A stretch of 64,000 bases of DNA from an uncultured Nitrospiraceae bacterium (GTDB lineage: Bacteria; Nitrospirota; Nitrospiria; Nitrospirales; Nitrospiraceae), in contig CAVPLT010000006.1 in the NCBI GenBank assembly GCA_963706325.1, forward strand, positions 32,001-96,000, read 5' to 3'. A program made the position numbers and the translations under genes. Position 1 is the stretch's first letter. Every line of letters starts with the position of its first letter. The notes under the pieces were generated by a model, which worked only from the letters and a program-made list of their open reading frames with translations, was not told where the DNA came from and made no database searches. Shown here piece by piece: positions 50,340 to 61,615 of the stretch.

Positions 50340-50911
50340 GCCCACTACGCAAACAAGGCGCAAAACGCAAGCCTGCAGGCAAACCAATCGTGCTGCCGAG
50401 CGCGTTCGCGCCTCGATCCCCGGGTTCGGAGACGCTGTTGTCTCCCGACCAGGCTTCTCAGATTCAGCAACTGGCCGATCTGCTTAAGCGTAATCACCTG
50501 ACTGAATTAGAGATCGAACGGAGCGGGACCCGTATCCGCATCACGCAGGAGCCGGCAGTCAGAATGGCGCCGCCACAGGCGGTGGAAACCTCTCTGAGCC
50601 AGGCGACCGCTGCCGGCACTGCGCCAACCGCGCAAGCGCATCCCTCGGCAGACACCGAAGGCCAGGTCACGATTACGTCGCCCATCGTGGGCACCTTCTA
50701 TCGCTCGCCCTCACCCGATGCGGATCCATACGTAGAGGAGGGGGATTACGTGAAGAAGGGCCAGGTCCTATGTATCGTGGAAGCCATGAAGCTGATGAAC
50801 GAGATCGAGTCCGAGGCTGACGGAAGAATCACGAAAATTTTGGCGGAGAGCACCAAGCCTGTGGAATACGGACAACCTCTCTTTTTGGTCGACCCCAACG
50901 CCACGCCCTAA
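50336..50911 (+). CDS. accB: Biotin carboxyl carrier protein
   Basis: [13 protein letters not shown] and EAMKLMNEI motifs. Confidence 0.95.
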   Translation: MSPLRKQGAKRKPAGKPIVLPSAFAPRSPGSETLLSPDQASQIQQLADLLKRNHLTELEIERSGTRIRITQEPAVRMAPPQAVETSLSQATAAGTAPTAQAHPSADTEGQVTITSPIVGTFYRSPSPDADPYVEEGDYVKKGQVLCIVEAMKLMNEIESEADGRITKILAESTKPVEYGQPLFLVDPNATP

Positions 50912-51059
50912 CCGCGTGGCGCACGATCCTCATGAATTTCGCGTACAATGCTAATGGCGACAGCCGGGCGACGAAACAAGTCTCGGCAGCCCTTCGGTAA
51001 TCGCAAGCAACACCATCATGAACAGCGGAGTATCGGTGTGATCTACGTCGGAACAGGTC

Positions 51060-52409
51060 GTGTTTAAAAAAGTTTTAGTCGCCAACCGCGGTGAGATTGC
51101 CCTTCGGGTCATCCGAGCCTGCAAGGAACTCGGCATCAAGACCGTGGCGATCCATTCTGAAGCCGATGCGGCCAGCTTGCATGTGCGCGCAGCGGACGAA
51201 CATGTCTGTGTCGGTCCGCCGGAAGCGGCGTTGAGTTATCGGAATATTCCCAATGTTCTGAGCGCTGCCGAGGTGACCGGAGCGGACGCCATCCATCCGG
51301 GCTACGGATTCTTGTCGGAGAATGCGCACTTTGCGGAAGTCTGCGAATCGATCGGCGTGAAGTTTATCGGTCCCACCTCGGAGAACATCGCGTTGATGGG
51401 CGATAAATCCAAGGCGCGCGAGGTCGTGGCGAAGCGCGGACTCCCGGTGACACCCGGCAGTCCCGGCGAACTCAGGAGCGAACAGGATGCCCTGGAGGCC
51501 GCAAAAACCATCGGCTTCCCAGTTATTATCAAAGCGTCGGCCGGCGGCGGTGGACGCGGCATGCGCGTCGTGAACAAGCCCGAGGAATTGGCGCGAGCGT
51601 TTCAGGCCGCGCAAGCCGAGGCCAAATCCACCTTCGGTCATGACGGGGTCTATCTCGAACGGTACTTTCTCGAACCTCGGCATATCGAGGTGCAAATCGT
51701 GGCCGATCATCGCGGCCACGTGGTGCATCTCGGAGAGCGGGACTGCTCGATTCAGCGTCGGCACCAAAAATTGGTGGAAGAAACACCCTCGCCGGCGATC
51801 GATGAGCGATTGCGGCGTGAAATCGGCCGAGTGGCTGTTGAAGCCGTCAAAGCTATTCGCTACTGCAACGTCGGCACGGTGGAATTCTTGCTCGATAAAG
51901 ACCGCAACTTCTTCTTCATGGAAGTCAACACGCGCATTCAAGTCGAACATCCCATCACGGAGATGGTGACCGGTATCGATCTGGTCAAGGAACAAATCCG
52001 AATCGCCTCAGGCATGACGCTCTCATTCAAGCAGCCCGACATTAAGCTGACCGGGCACAGTTTCGAGTGCCGAATCAATGCGGAAGATCCGGAAAAGTTC
52101 ACCCCATGTCCGGGCCAGATCACCAAATATTCGGCTCCCGGAGGATTCGGCATTCGGGTCGATTCCGCGATGGAACCGAGTGCCGTCGTGGTGCCCTACT
52201 ACGATTCCTTAATTGCCAAGTTGATTACGCACGGTCGAGATCGTCAGGAAGCCATGGCCCGGATGCGACGCGCGTTGGATGAATTTGTGATCGAAGGCAT
52301 CAAGACGACCATTCCCCTCCATCGGAAAATCTTCAACGACCCCGATTTTCAAAAGGGGCATGTCTCCACCACGTTCCTCGACCGATTTCTTGCCAGCCAG
52401 ACTTCGTAG
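51060..52409 (+). CDS. accC: Biotin carboxylase
   Basis: [25 protein letters not shown] and [10 protein letters not shown] motifs. Confidence 0.96.
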   Translation: MFKKVLVANRGEIALRVIRACKELGIKTVAIHSEADAASLHVRAADEHVCVGPPEAALSYRNIPNVLSAAEVTGADAIHPGYGFLSENAHFAEVCESIGVKFIGPTSENIALMGDKSKAREVVAKRGLPVTPGSPGELRSEQDALEAAKTIGFPVIIKASAGGGGRGMRVVNKPEELARAFQAAQAEAKSTFGHDGVYLERYFLEPRHIEVQIVADHRGHVVHLGERDCSIQRRHQKLVEETPSPAIDERLRREIGRVAVEAVKAIRYCNVGTVEFLLDKDRNFFFMEVNTRIQVEHPITEMVTGIDLVKEQIRIASGMTLSFKQPDIKLTGHSFECRINAEDPEKFTPCPGQITKYSAPGGFGIRVDSAMEPSAVVVPYYDSLIAKLITHGRDRQEAMARMRRALDEFVIEGIKTTIPLHRKIFNDPDFQKGHVSTTFLDRFLASQTS

Positions 52410-52436
52410 TCCACGCAGGGCACCCGGGAGCGCGTC

Positions 52437-53096
52437 ACGTCTCACGCCACCAAACAACCATTCCTCAAGGGTCTGTATCTCATTCTTGACCCGGCCGTCT
52501 GTTCAAACCGACCGCTGACCGACCTCCTTCGGGAAGCTGCCGGATACGGCGTCCGCCTTTTTCAATATCGTGACAAACGCGCCTCGATGAAAGAGGCTTA
52601 TCTCCATGCGAGCGCGCTGCGGCAAGTTGCCACGGAGGTCGGCGCCCTCTTGATCGTCAACGATCGCTGTGATTTGGCCATGGCCGTGAATGCGGATGGG
52701 GTCCATCTGGGACAGGAAGACCTTCCCATCGCCTACGCACGGCAACTATTGGGAACTCGCAAGATCATCGGACTGTCGACGCATACGGTAACCCAGGTCC
52801 ATGACGCAATCACGGCACAGCCAGACTATATAGGGTTCGGACCGATCTACCGCACAGCAACCAAAACTGATCACGACCCGGTGGTGGGTTTGGAAGGACT
52901 ACGCGCAGTGCGGGGGATGACCACGCTGCCGTTGTTTGCCATCGGAGGCCTGACCGCGGATACATCTCGAGAAGCGATGGCGGCGGGGTCGGATGGCGTG
53001 GCTGTGATCTCTGCCATCCTTAAGGCTTCCGATCTGGGAGCGGCTATCCGGAAATTTCAGGCGGCGCTCGCCATACCAGATCGGCAAGATTCATGA
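52437..53096 (+). CDS. thiE: Thiamine-phosphate synthase; start probably non-canonical
   Basis: In-frame extension upstream of 52587 reads …LKGLYLILD…VRLFQYRDK. NDRCD, GVHLGQED, TATK and AIGG motifs. Confidence 0.88.
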   Translation, partial: TSHATKQPFLKGLYLILDPAVCSNRPLTDLLREAAGYGVRLFQYRDKRASMKEAYLHASALRQVATEVGALLIVNDRCDLAMAVNADGVHLGQEDLPIAYARQLLGTRKIIGLSTHTVTQVHDAITAQPDYIGFGPIYRTATKTDHDPVVGLEGLRAVRGMTTLPLFAIGGLTADTSREAMAAGSDGVAVISAILKASDLGAAIRKFQAALAIPDRQDS

Positions 53097-53799
53097 TAGG
53101 ACCGCTCTGAGCCAAGAGTTCGATCGCAGCGAACCAGTTACAATTAAGTTCTGGTTGATTGGGAAGCGGCCCTAGCACCGGAATGCCCGCATGTTCCCGC
53201 AAGAAAGATACCGTTGACGCCACCTGCTCTCGTTCAAAGGAAGTTCTGGAACCGACCGTCTCATTCAACACCAGCGCCTGAACCACGATGCCTTGGCGCC
53301 CAAGGGATTCCAGTGTGAGGAGCGCATGGTTGATCCCGCCAAGTCCGGCTCGCCCGACAAGCACAACCGGGAGACCCAGCCTGGCGATCAGGTCACGCAC
53401 TGTCCAATCCTGTCCCATTGGAACGAGGACGCCGCCGGCGCCTTCGACCACCATGAACGCATGCCGCTCCGCCAGTTGCCTATATGGCCCTACAATCCCT
53501 TCCACCTCGATGCTGACCCCCTCCAATCCCGCTGCGACAACCGGGGCCAACGGAGCACGGAAGCGGTAGGGACACACCAGTTCCAGCGCATCGTGCAGTC
53601 CTGCCGCAACGATCATTCGAGCGGCGTCGGACTCATCAGGCGAATTGAATCGCACGCCGGTTTCGACCGGTTTCATCACTCCCACGGAGCAGCGCATCTG
53701 CAGGAGCCTTCGGGCGAGCGCGGCGGATATGACGGTCTTCCCCACGCCGGTATCGGTTCCCGTGACGAAGATTCCGCTGTTCATCGTCGATGACATCAC
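53044..53799 (-). CDS. bioD: Dethiobiotin synthase
   Basis: TGTDTGVGKT, KPVETG, EGAGG and GGINHALLT motifs. Confidence 0.93.
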   Translation of the reverse strand: MMSSTMNSGIFVTGTDTGVGKTVISAALARRLLQMRCSVGVMKPVETGVRFNSPDESDAARMIVAAGLHDALELVCPYRFRAPLAPVVAAGLEGVSIEVEGIVGPYRQLAERHAFMVVEGAGGVLVPMGQDWTVRDLIARLGLPVVLVGRAGLGGINHALLTLESLGRQGIVVQALVLNETVGSRTSFEREQVASTVSFLREHAGIPVLGPLPNQPELNCNWFAAIELLAQSGPIMNLADLVWRAPPEISG

Positions 53800-53801
53800 A
53801 A

Positions 53802-54557
53802 CTAGGGAATACGGCTATCCAAATTCCACGTTTGTCCCGACACGTCGGAGAGTTGTGCGAGCTGGCAGATGGTCATGGCTACCTCATCCAGATTCGACGC
53901 CCGACCCAACATGTGATCGCGAAGCTGCTGCGCCGAAGGAAATACATCGCCGGCCATCTCTGTTTGCTGCCAGCCGGGACAAGCCAGATTCACCCGAATG
54001 TTATGCGGTCCCCATTCTCGGGCGGCTGTCTTCATGAGACCAGTCAGGCCGGCCTTTGAGGCCGCATAGGCGCCTTGCCCACTCCTGCCCTGTAATCCCG
54101 CATAGGAGCCGATCAGCATGATGGACCCGCCCCCATGCGTCACCATCGAACTCCCTGCAGCCTTCAGGCAATGGTAGGCGCCGGTGAGATTCGTGTCGAT
54201 GATCCGCAGCCATTCTTCTTCCTGGCACCTCACAACCAACTGCCCACCGGCAACGCCCGCATTGCAGACCAGGCCATCGAGCCTCCCCCGCCGGCATTCG
54301 ATGGCTTCGACCATGGCTTGCACATCTCGACTCGATCGTATGTCTGCGTGAAAGAGCGCACCCTTTCCACCGGCTTTCGATACCTGCGACAGCGTCAATT
54401 CAGCCTCTGAAACCTGGGTGAAATAGTGCACCCCAACCCACCAGCCGGCGCGGGCAAACGCCAGACAGAGGTGACGCCCGATGCCACCGGAACCGCCGGT
54501 GACCAGTACGGTCCGGCTTGTATGAGAGTCCTGAGTGGATGGAGAGAGACCAGTCAT
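53802..54557 (-). CDS. SDR-family oxidoreductase (FabG-like)
   Basis: TGGSGGIG, NAG and YAASK motifs. Confidence 0.88.
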   Translation of the reverse strand: MTGLSPSTQDSHTSRTVLVTGGSGGIGRHLCLAFARAGWWVGVHYFTQVSEAELTLSQVSKAGGKGALFHADIRSSRDVQAMVEAIECRRGRLDGLVCNAGVAGGQLVVRCQEEEWLRIIDTNLTGAYHCLKAAGSSMVTHGGGSIMLIGSYAGLQGRSGQGAYAASKAGLTGLMKTAAREWGPHNIRVNLACPGWQQTEMAGDVFPSAQQLRDHMLGRASNLDEVAMTICQLAQLSDVSGQTWNLDSRIP

Positions 54558-54664
54558 AAAGGCAAGCGATTATGCGAGGTGACAGGGGAGAAGGCAAGAC
54601 GCCACAGAGCTCTTGATGCGGTTCAGACGGTATGGTACCGTAATTTTTTGACTGGAGGACACCC

Positions 54665-55465
54665 GTGACCGTTCAAAACGTGCTTCGTTCATTGCTGTTG
54701 GGAATAGGAATTGGGGGATGCGCGGGCATCATGCTGACCGATGGTCACGCTCAGGCAGCCGCGCCGGCGGATAACATCCCTCAATCCGTGGACTACTTTC
54801 CTGATACGGTCGGCTCGCGCTGGCAGTACCGCGGACAGATCTCAGAAGGCCCGTTGCAGACCATCGAAAATAAGTATTTCAGCAACATCTCCTCCGTCAC
54901 CGGAACCCGCACGTTAAAGGGCGGACTGATCGTCAATGTCTTTCACGATACTAATCCAGGCAATCATGGTCCCTCCGATAGTTTTTACCGGCGGGATGCA
55001 GCCGGCATCGTCTATTACGGCTCCGAGCCGGGAACTCCCCTCGAGAAGCAGCTTGTACCGTATCAGATCATCCGGTTTCCGATGACCGTGTCGCAGGCAT
55101 TTCAGCAGTTCAGCCGTACAGATATCGATTTCGGAAGCGATATCGACGGGGACGGAACCAACGAACATGTCGATGTCGAAGGGCACTCGACGGTAGTCAG
55201 CCGTGAATCCATCACCGTGCCCGCCGGCACATTTCCCGATGCCATACGAGTAGAAGCACGAATGACGCTTCGCATTCGACTCTCTTCCGTCGATCGGACG
55301 GCAGTCGGCACAGACGTGATGACTGCCTGGTTTGCGAAGGGCGTGGGACTGGTAAAATACGTCGAACGGCAGGAGTTGGCCTCCCTTAAGGATGACCGTG
55401 GCAGCATTACCGACATCACGGAGGAACTTGAAACAGCCGATGTGAAACCCGCACCGGCGCTATAG
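54665..55465 (+). CDS. Hypothetical exported protein
   Basis: Signal peptide, YFP…GSRWQY, VPAGTF and WFAKGVGLVK motifs. GGAGG RBS. Confidence 0.75.
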   Translation: MTVQNVLRSLLLGIGIGGCAGIMLTDGHAQAAAPADNIPQSVDYFPDTVGSRWQYRGQISEGPLQTIENKYFSNISSVTGTRTLKGGLIVNVFHDTNPGNHGPSDSFYRRDAAGIVYYGSEPGTPLEKQLVPYQIIRFPMTVSQAFQQFSRTDIDFGSDIDGDGTNEHVDVEGHSTVVSRESITVPAGTFPDAIRVEARMTLRIRLSSVDRTAVGTDVMTAWFAKGVGLVKYVERQELASLKDDRGSITDITEELETADVKPAPAL

Positions 55466-58438
55466 GGTCGGTGCGAATCCACGCCGCAGAGTTTGTTCGC
55501 TGACGACACGCGAGGTCATGAATTGTCTCAGGTACTCTTCCCCGCCGGCCTTTGCACCCACCCCTGACAACCGGTGCCCGCCGAATGGCTGACGACCGAC
55601 CAATGCCCCGGTGATCGGTCGGTTGATGTATAGATTCCCGACATCGAACGCCCGGCGCGCCAGCTCAATGTGGCGGGGACTCCGTGAGTACAGGCCCCCT
55701 GTCAGCGCATAGTCAGTCCCGTTTGCGAGCTGCAGCGCCTGCTCAAACGATGAGGCCCGCATGACGGCCAGCACCGGGCCGAAAATTTCCTCCTGCGCCA
55801 TCCTGTGCGGAGGCTCGATATCGACAATCACCACCGGGCCGACCGTGTAACCAGGACCTTCCGACGACCGATCGACCAGCACACGTCCTTCACGCCGGCC
55901 GACCTCAAGATATTCGAGAATTCGCTTCTGCGCGCGTGCATCGATCACCGGGCCCACTTGCGTGGCCGGGTCGGTGGCTGGTCCTATGCGCAGACTCGTC
56001 ACTGCATCGGACAGCCGTTGAATGAACATTTCGTGAATCGACGCCAATACGATCACGCGCGAACAGGCGGAACACTTCTGCCCCGCGTACCCCGTGAAAG
56101 ATTGCACAACGCCCGTCACGGCTTCGTCCAGATCAGCAGTATCATCGACGATGATCGCGTTTTTTCCGCCCATTTCGGCAACGACCCGTTTGACGAACCG
56201 CTGACCTGACCGCACAACGGCTGCGGTCTGCATGATCCCCAGGCCCACATCCTTTGATCCGGTAAACGCAATCGTCGCGACAGACGCCTGCGCAACTAAT
56301 TCACGCCCCACATCAGGACCGCCCGGCACATATTGCAGGACGCCCACCGGCACCCCGGCTTGCTTCATGATCTCGGCAAGCCGATATCCCATCACCGATG
56401 CGCGCTCCGAGGGTTTGAACAAGACCGCATTGCCGGTGACCAACGCAGCCGCCACCATGCCGGTGGGAATCGCGAGCGGAAAATTCCACGGTGAGATCAC
56501 CACGGCGATACCGCGCGGACTCCAGAGCAGCTCATTCAATTCTCCGGAATACTGGCCCAGGCGACTGGGAATCGCCAATTGTTCCATGTCTCTCGCGTAG
56601 TACTCCAAGAAATCAACGGCCTCGGCCACATCGCCATCAGCCTCGCGCCAAGGTTTGCCTTCCTCGTACACTTCCCATGCCGCTAACTCCCAACGCTGCG
56701 CTCGCATAAGGGCGGCTGCCTTGCGCATGATGGAGACACGTTCCGCGACTGTGCGGTCTTTCCATTCTGCTGCCTGGGCTTCAGTCGCTGTCATGAGGCC
56801 TGCCACATCGGAAGGCTGGTAACTCTGCGTCACCGCCACGAGTTGATCAGGTTGACTGGGATTGAAGGAAAGCAAGTCGAGGCCTGTCGGAGAATGCGAT
56901 GCCAGCGTCGATGCATCCAGTCGCCGCCCCAACTTTCTGCGCACCTGGTCGAGGCCTTGCTGCATCGCTTCACGGAACTGCGGAAGAGAAAAATCTGCCA
57001 CCGGCTCGTTCACAAACTTCGAGCGCCCGAGGGTGGAAGAAGACTCTGCCTCTGTTTTCACAGGTGAAGTTGGCGCGGAGAAGGCATCCGGCGGAGACAG
57101 CAGAAGAGCCAGCGGCTGCGACTCCACATATTCCTTGCGCAAGAACGATTCATTCGACGTATTTTCGAGCAGACGGCGAACGAGGTAGGCCATCCCCGGA
57201 AGCAGTTCTCCTACCGGCGCATAGAGGCGCAGGCGTCGGCCTCGGTCGGTTACCGCATATTGAAAGGGCTCCGCCATGCCGTAGATCATCTGGTATTCCC
57301 ATGCATCAGACGGCAATTCGAGCGCCTCGGCTACCGCTTCGATGACAGCCAGACTGCGAAGATTGTGCGTGCCGAATGCGGGCCGCACAATATGACTGTG
57401 CTCCAGCAGGAGACGAACGAGAAACTCGTAGTTCACATCGGTGTGCGCTTTCTGTTCGAAGAGCGGTAGCGGCCATCCGCGCTGGCGATACCGAATCGCA
57501 TCCGAATCCCAATAGGCGCCCTTCACCAGCCGGATGGTGATCGGCGCTTGCCGCTCCGTCACCCATGCCAAGAGCCTCCGCACGTCCTCCTGCGTATCGG
57601 TCCGGTAGGCCTGCAACGCAATCCCCGCATGGGGAAAGGTCCGGTAGGGCTCCTCGGAAAATAATCGCATAAAAGTGGTGAGAATCAGGTCTTTCGTATC
57701 CGCTTGCTCCATATCGAACACGATCGAAGCAGGAGGAGTGCCGGCCAGATCCAAAAGCGGTCGCAAGCGTAGCGCAAGCGCGCGATAGCTGCCTTCCGGA
57801 TCGATCGAATCAAGTTGCGAATAGAGCGCCGACATCTTGATGGACAATTGCACTCGAGGGAACAGCCCCAGATGATCCCGTTCAAGCAGAGGTGAGGAGG
57901 GCCAGGTCGGACAGACGTCTCCCAGCCTGTGCAAGGCCGCCAGGCATCGATCACGATAGGCATCTGCTTCCCGCTCACTCACACTGGCTTCGCCCAGCAG
58001 GTCCACCGAAAATGCCCGGCCGTCATCCCATAACTTACGAAGGGTCGGCACAGCCTGCTCAATTGACGCGCCGGCGATAAAGCTGGCCGCCATTTGTTCC
58101 ACCTGATGCCGGATGGCCTTTCCACTGAGCGCCGCGACGAGCTTGGTGGAGGCGAGGGCTTTGAGTCCCCACTGCGCGCCGAATATGTTGGCGCTCATGT
58201 CGCCAAAGTATTCCCCGGCGAGGCGTACGACCTGCGCATCATCCTGCAACGATGGCAAGACATCGATAAAACGAAAAAGCTGCGCCTTGAATGCAGGATC
58301 TTTCATCGCCAAGTTGATGGCCGCCTGCGACCACCAACGGGAATCAAACAGACCAGGCGCCCGGCCGCCGGAACGACGCGCCAAATCTTCTCCAATTGCA
58401 CGGATACGAGGTTCGAGCAGGGCGGTATCGAGAGTCAT
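55460..58438 (-). CDS. putA: Bifunctional proline dehydrogenase / P5C dehydrogenase
   Basis: DLLGE, RLVKGAYWD, YLVRRLLEN, EMGGKN, GQKCSA and QPFGG motifs. Confidence 0.93.
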   Translation of the reverse strand: MTLDTALLEPRIRAIGEDLARRSGGRAPGLFDSRWWSQAAINLAMKDPAFKAQLFRFIDVLPSLQDDAQVVRLAGEYFGDMSANIFGAQWGLKALASTKLVAALSGKAIRHQVEQMAASFIAGASIEQAVPTLRKLWDDGRAFSVDLLGEASVSEREADAYRDRCLAALHRLGDVCPTWPSSPLLERDHLGLFPRVQLSIKMSALYSQLDSIDPEGSYRALALRLRPLLDLAGTPPASIVFDMEQADTKDLILTTFMRLFSEEPYRTFPHAGIALQAYRTDTQEDVRRLLAWVTERQAPITIRLVKGAYWDSDAIRYRQRGWPLPLFEQKAHTDVNYEFLVRLLLEHSHIVRPAFGTHNLRSLAVIEAVAEALELPSDAWEYQMIYGMAEPFQYAVTDRGRRLRLYAPVGELLPGMAYLVRRLLENTSNESFLRKEYVESQPLALLLSPPDAFSAPTSPVKTEAESSSTLGRSKFVNEPVADFSLPQFREAMQQGLDQVRRKLGRRLDASTLASHSPTGLDLLSFNPSQPDQLVAVTQSYQPSDVAGLMTATEAQAAEWKDRTVAERVSIMRKAAALMRAQRWELAAWEVYEEGKPWREADGDVAEAVDFLEYYARDMEQLAIPSRLGQYSGELNELLWSPRGIAVVISPWNFPLAIPTGMVAAALVTGNAVLFKPSERASVMGYRLAEIMKQAGVPVGVLQYVPGGPDVGRELVAQASVATIAFTGSKDVGLGIMQTAAVVRSGQRFVKRVVAEMGGKNAIIVDDTADLDEAVTGVVQSFTGYAGQKCSACSRVIVLASIHEMFIQRLSDAVTSLRIGPATDPATQVGPVIDARAQKRILEYLEVGRREGRVLVDRSSEGPGYTVGPVVIVDIEPPHRMAQEEIFGPVLAVMRASSFEQALQLANGTDYALTGGLYSRSPRHIELARRAFDVGNLYINRPITGALVGRQPFGGHRLSGVGAKAGGEEYLRQFMTSRVVSEQTLRRGFAPTL

Positions 58439-58820
58439 CGTGTCCCCCGCAGGCGTCAGCCAAGAGCTCTTTTCTGCAGTATACACCGCCCCGCAGAACT
58501 TGAATATTTGAGGACGATTGCCTGCGGAAGTAAAGCGTGCGGGCGAGTAGCCTAACCAGCCGTCGTCGTGAACGTCTCGCGACGGCATCCATGAATTGTC
58601 CGGGCCCAATCCTCGCGAGTAGTGGGAACGATGTGACCTCCTCCCGGCGAGTGATCTCTTTATGACGCCCGACTCATCGGCCGTTGTGTCATCTCACGAC
58701 ACTTCTGCGCTTGAAAATCCGCCTGCCGCTCGGGTAGCATGCGCCGTTTGCCTTGACCTACAACATTTGCATGGCGGCGCGCGGTGACCATGAGTTGCGC
58801 ACACAATTCGAAGGAGCTCG

Positions 58821-59654
58821 ATGGCCGACTCGTCTGCGCAACCCGTCTGTTGGGGCACCGTCGCCCTCTTCTCCTTGCTGACCTTATTAACCTTCATCGG
58901 CGTGCCGCTGTTCGCTTACTTGTATGACTATACCCGCCTGGATTGGATCCTCCTCGGCGTCCTGTATGTCGTGACGGGGATGGGGATCACGGTGGGCTAC
59001 CATCGCATGATGACCCACCGCAGCTTCGAAAGCCGTCCGTGGGTCAAGATCTGTCTCTTGATCATGGGCGGGTGGGCCATACAAAATTCCGCCTTGATCT
59101 GGTGCGCCGACCATATCCGTCATCATGCGCATACCGATGAAGACGCCGATCCGTACAATGCGACGAAGGGATTTTGGCACAGCCATGTCGGGTGGTTGTT
59201 CCTCAAGACGCCCTATCGTGATGATCGGTTTGCGGCAAAATTGCGCGCCGATCCTGTGGTCGGGTGGCAACATCGGTATTATTGGGTGATCGTGGCCTCA
59301 GGCCTGTTGCTGCCGTTTGCGGTCGGATATCTGAACAGTGGCTTCACCGGCGGAGTGGGTTGTTTCCTGCTGGCCGGAGTGCTTCGCACCGTGCTGGTAT
59401 TGAACTCCACGTTTACGATCAATTCACTCTGCCACATCTTCGGCAGTCAGCCGCACGGCCGTCAGGACAGCAGCCGAGACAGCTGGTGGATCTCGTTCTT
59501 CAGTTTTGGAGAGGGGTATCACAACTATCACCATACCTATTCGCGCGACTATCGCAATGGTTCGAAGTGGTATAACTTTGACCCGTCCAAATGGTTGATC
59601 TATATGCTCTCGCTTTGGGGGTGGACCTATAACCTCCATCGGGAACGCACGTAA
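58821..59654 (+). CDS. Delta-9-type fatty acid desaturase
   Basis: His boxes HRMMTH, HIRHH and GEGYHNYHH. Confidence 0.92.
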   Translation: MADSSAQPVCWGTVALFSLLTLLTFIGVPLFAYLYDYTRLDWILLGVLYVVTGMGITVGYHRMMTHRSFESRPWVKICLLIMGGWAIQNSALIWCADHIRHHAHTDEDADPYNATKGFWHSHVGWLFLKTPYRDDRFAAKLRADPVVGWQHRYYWVIVASGLLLPFAVGYLNSGFTGGVGCFLLAGVLRTVLVLNSTFTINSLCHIFGSQPHGRQDSSRDSWWISFFSFGEGYHNYHHTYSRDYRNGSKWYNFDPSKWLIYMLSLWGWTYNLHRERT

Positions 59655-59924
59655 CAGGATGTTTGGAACCCGCCGCGTTGTTCTCATGTCGCTCCGCCCA
59701 CCCCGGCACAGGTCTGGCGGGTCTCATGTTGTTAGGAGACGATCAGTTCTCAAAGATCAATCAATCATTCCTCAAGCCTGCGAATTCTGCGGCAGCGATC
59801 TGACGTTCTCTGTCTAATCGCAGACTGCGTCTACAGGCCCATTTCTTTTCGGCGACTCGATAGCTTAAGATGGCCGTGAGCCCGCGAATTCCATCCGGAA
59901 CCGTGAGGTGGAGGAGGCACGACT

Positions 59925-60812
59925 ATGGCAGATGAACAAGGCGGCGCACCGCAGCCGGAAGACGCAGCCGCCAAACCCAATATCATTCCCGGCGTCAAAT
60001 ACGTGATTGCAATCAGCAGCGGCAAGGGCGGAGTGGGCAAATCCACAGTGGCCGTCAACTTGGCCGTCGCCTTGAGTCTGAACGGCGCCAAGGTCGGATT
60101 GCTCGATGCTGACATCTATGGCCCCAACATACCCATGATGATGGGTGTCGAGAAAGCGCCCGAACAACAAGAGGGCAAAATTACCCCGGCCGAAAGTCAT
60201 GGAGTCAAACTCATCTCCATGGGATTTTTTGTTCCGGAAGATACGGCGGTGGTGTGGCGCGGTCCGATGGTCCACACGGCGATTCAACAACTGTTTCGAG
60301 ACGTTCTATGGGGGGAATTGGATTACCTCCTGATCGACCTTCCTCCTGGAACCGGCGACGCGCAATTGACCCTGACTCAGTTGGTGTCCTTGGCGGGCGC
60401 TGTGACTGTCACCACCCCACAGGAAGTGGCGCTCCACGACGTGCGCAAAGGCATGATGATGTTCCAGAAGGTCAATGTGCCATTGCTTGGCATCATTGAA
60501 AACATGAGCTTTTACGTGTGTGGCCACTGCGGGGAACGCACTGAGATTTTCTCCCATGGCGGTGGGGAACGGGCCGCGGAAAAACTCGGCATTCCCTTCC
60601 TCGGACGGATTCCCATCGATCCAGCCATTCGCGTCGGCGGGGATACGGGTAACCCGATCGTGATCACCACACCGGATTCCCCGCAAGCCAAGGCATTTCG
60701 CGAGATTGCCGCGAAACTCGCCGCCGCGCTTCAAACGGGCGAGGCAGGGGCGGCAAAGAGTCGCATTGAAAGTCTCTTGCAAAAGATAAAGCGGCCCGCA
60801 CCCGGCAATTGA
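59925..60812 (+). CDS. mrp: Fe-S cluster carrier Mrp/ApbC
   Basis: [24 protein letters not shown] and ENMS..CxxC motifs. Confidence 0.94.
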   Translation: MADEQGGAPQPEDAAAKPNIIPGVKYVIAISSGKGGVGKSTVAVNLAVALSLNGAKVGLLDADIYGPNIPMMMGVEKAPEQQEGKITPAESHGVKLISMGFFVPEDTAVVWRGPMVHTAIQQLFRDVLWGELDYLLIDLPPGTGDAQLTLTQLVSLAGAVTVTTPQEVALHDVRKGMMMFQKVNVPLLGIIENMSFYVCGHCGERTEIFSHGGGERAAEKLGIPFLGRIPIDPAIRVGGDTGNPIVITTPDSPQAKAFREIAAKLAAALQTGEAGAAKSRIESLLQKIKRPAPGN

Positions 60813-60856
60813 CTAGAAACCGGACAGAGCCCGCATCGCGCAGTCAGGGAGGACGT

Positions 60857-61162
60857 ATGGGCGAGTTGATCAGAATCGCAGGAACGACGGACATAAAACC
60901 CGGCAGCGGCATGGTGGCGGAAGTCAACGACAAGACCATCGCGGTCTTCAATGTTGACGGCGCATTTTTCGCCATCGATAACACCTGTGTTCATCGCGGC
61001 GGTCCGCTGGGTGAAGGTGAGGTCGAGGGCGATATCGTGACCTGCCCCTGGCATAACTGGCAGTTCAGCGTGAAAACCGGCGGCTGCGTGAATAATCCCT
61101 CGGCGAAGGTGACCTCGTACGAAGTGACCGTCGAGGGTACCGATATTAAAGTCCGGCTGTAA
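60857..61162 (+). CDS. Rieske (2Fe-2S) ferredoxin
   Basis: CVH…CPWH. GGAGG RBS. Confidence 0.92.
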   Translation: MGELIRIAGTTDIKPGSGMVAEVNDKTIAVFNVDGAFFAIDNTCVHRGGPLGEGEVEGDIVTCPWHNWQFSVKTGGCVNNPSAKVTSYEVTVEGTDIKVRL

Positions 61163-61241
61163 TCCTAAATCCAGTTCGTACCCTGTCGCTCGTCCCGGAA
61201 TCGAACGAAGGGTTTCGACGCAGCAGTGAATGGAGGCACCT

Positions 61242-61610
61242 ATGGTTGAGAACACACTAACGCCAAAGCACATCGAAATCGCCGAAACGTTCGTACGCCT
61301 TTATGTCTTTTTGACGCAATACATCGACCGCTGTGAAGATGAAGCCGCGCGTAAAGACTATCCCGAAGCCGAGCTTCAGAAACACCTCACGACCACCCGT
61401 GCCAAGATGATGGATATCCTCAAGGTGAATCCCGTCGTCCAGGGTAAGGTGGAAAAGGAATGCGAGAGGATCCTGACCCTTGGTGCAAAGTGCCTGATGG
61501 GAGGAACCGAGAAAGTCGCCGCACTCGACGTGTTGGGGGCGGAGCGGGTCATCCTCAAGAATAAGACTATCGCATTGAGTGATCTCTTGGCCATCTATCG
61601 CGCGTTGTAG
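61242..61610 (+). CDS. Hypothetical protein
   Basis: GGAGG RBS before MVENT, helical protein, typical codon usage. Confidence 0.7.
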   Translation: MVENTLTPKHIEIAETFVRLYVFLTQYIDRCEDEAARKDYPEAELQKHLTTTRAKMMDILKVNPVVQGKVEKECERILTLGAKCLMGGTEKVAALDVLGAERVILKNKTIALSDLLAIYRAL

Positions 61611-61615
61611 AGCTC

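Noticed and set aside
50912..51059. accB-accC spacer as a riboswitch or short ORF
   Set aside because: No recognisable RNA motif, and the 22-codon ORF lacks an RBS.
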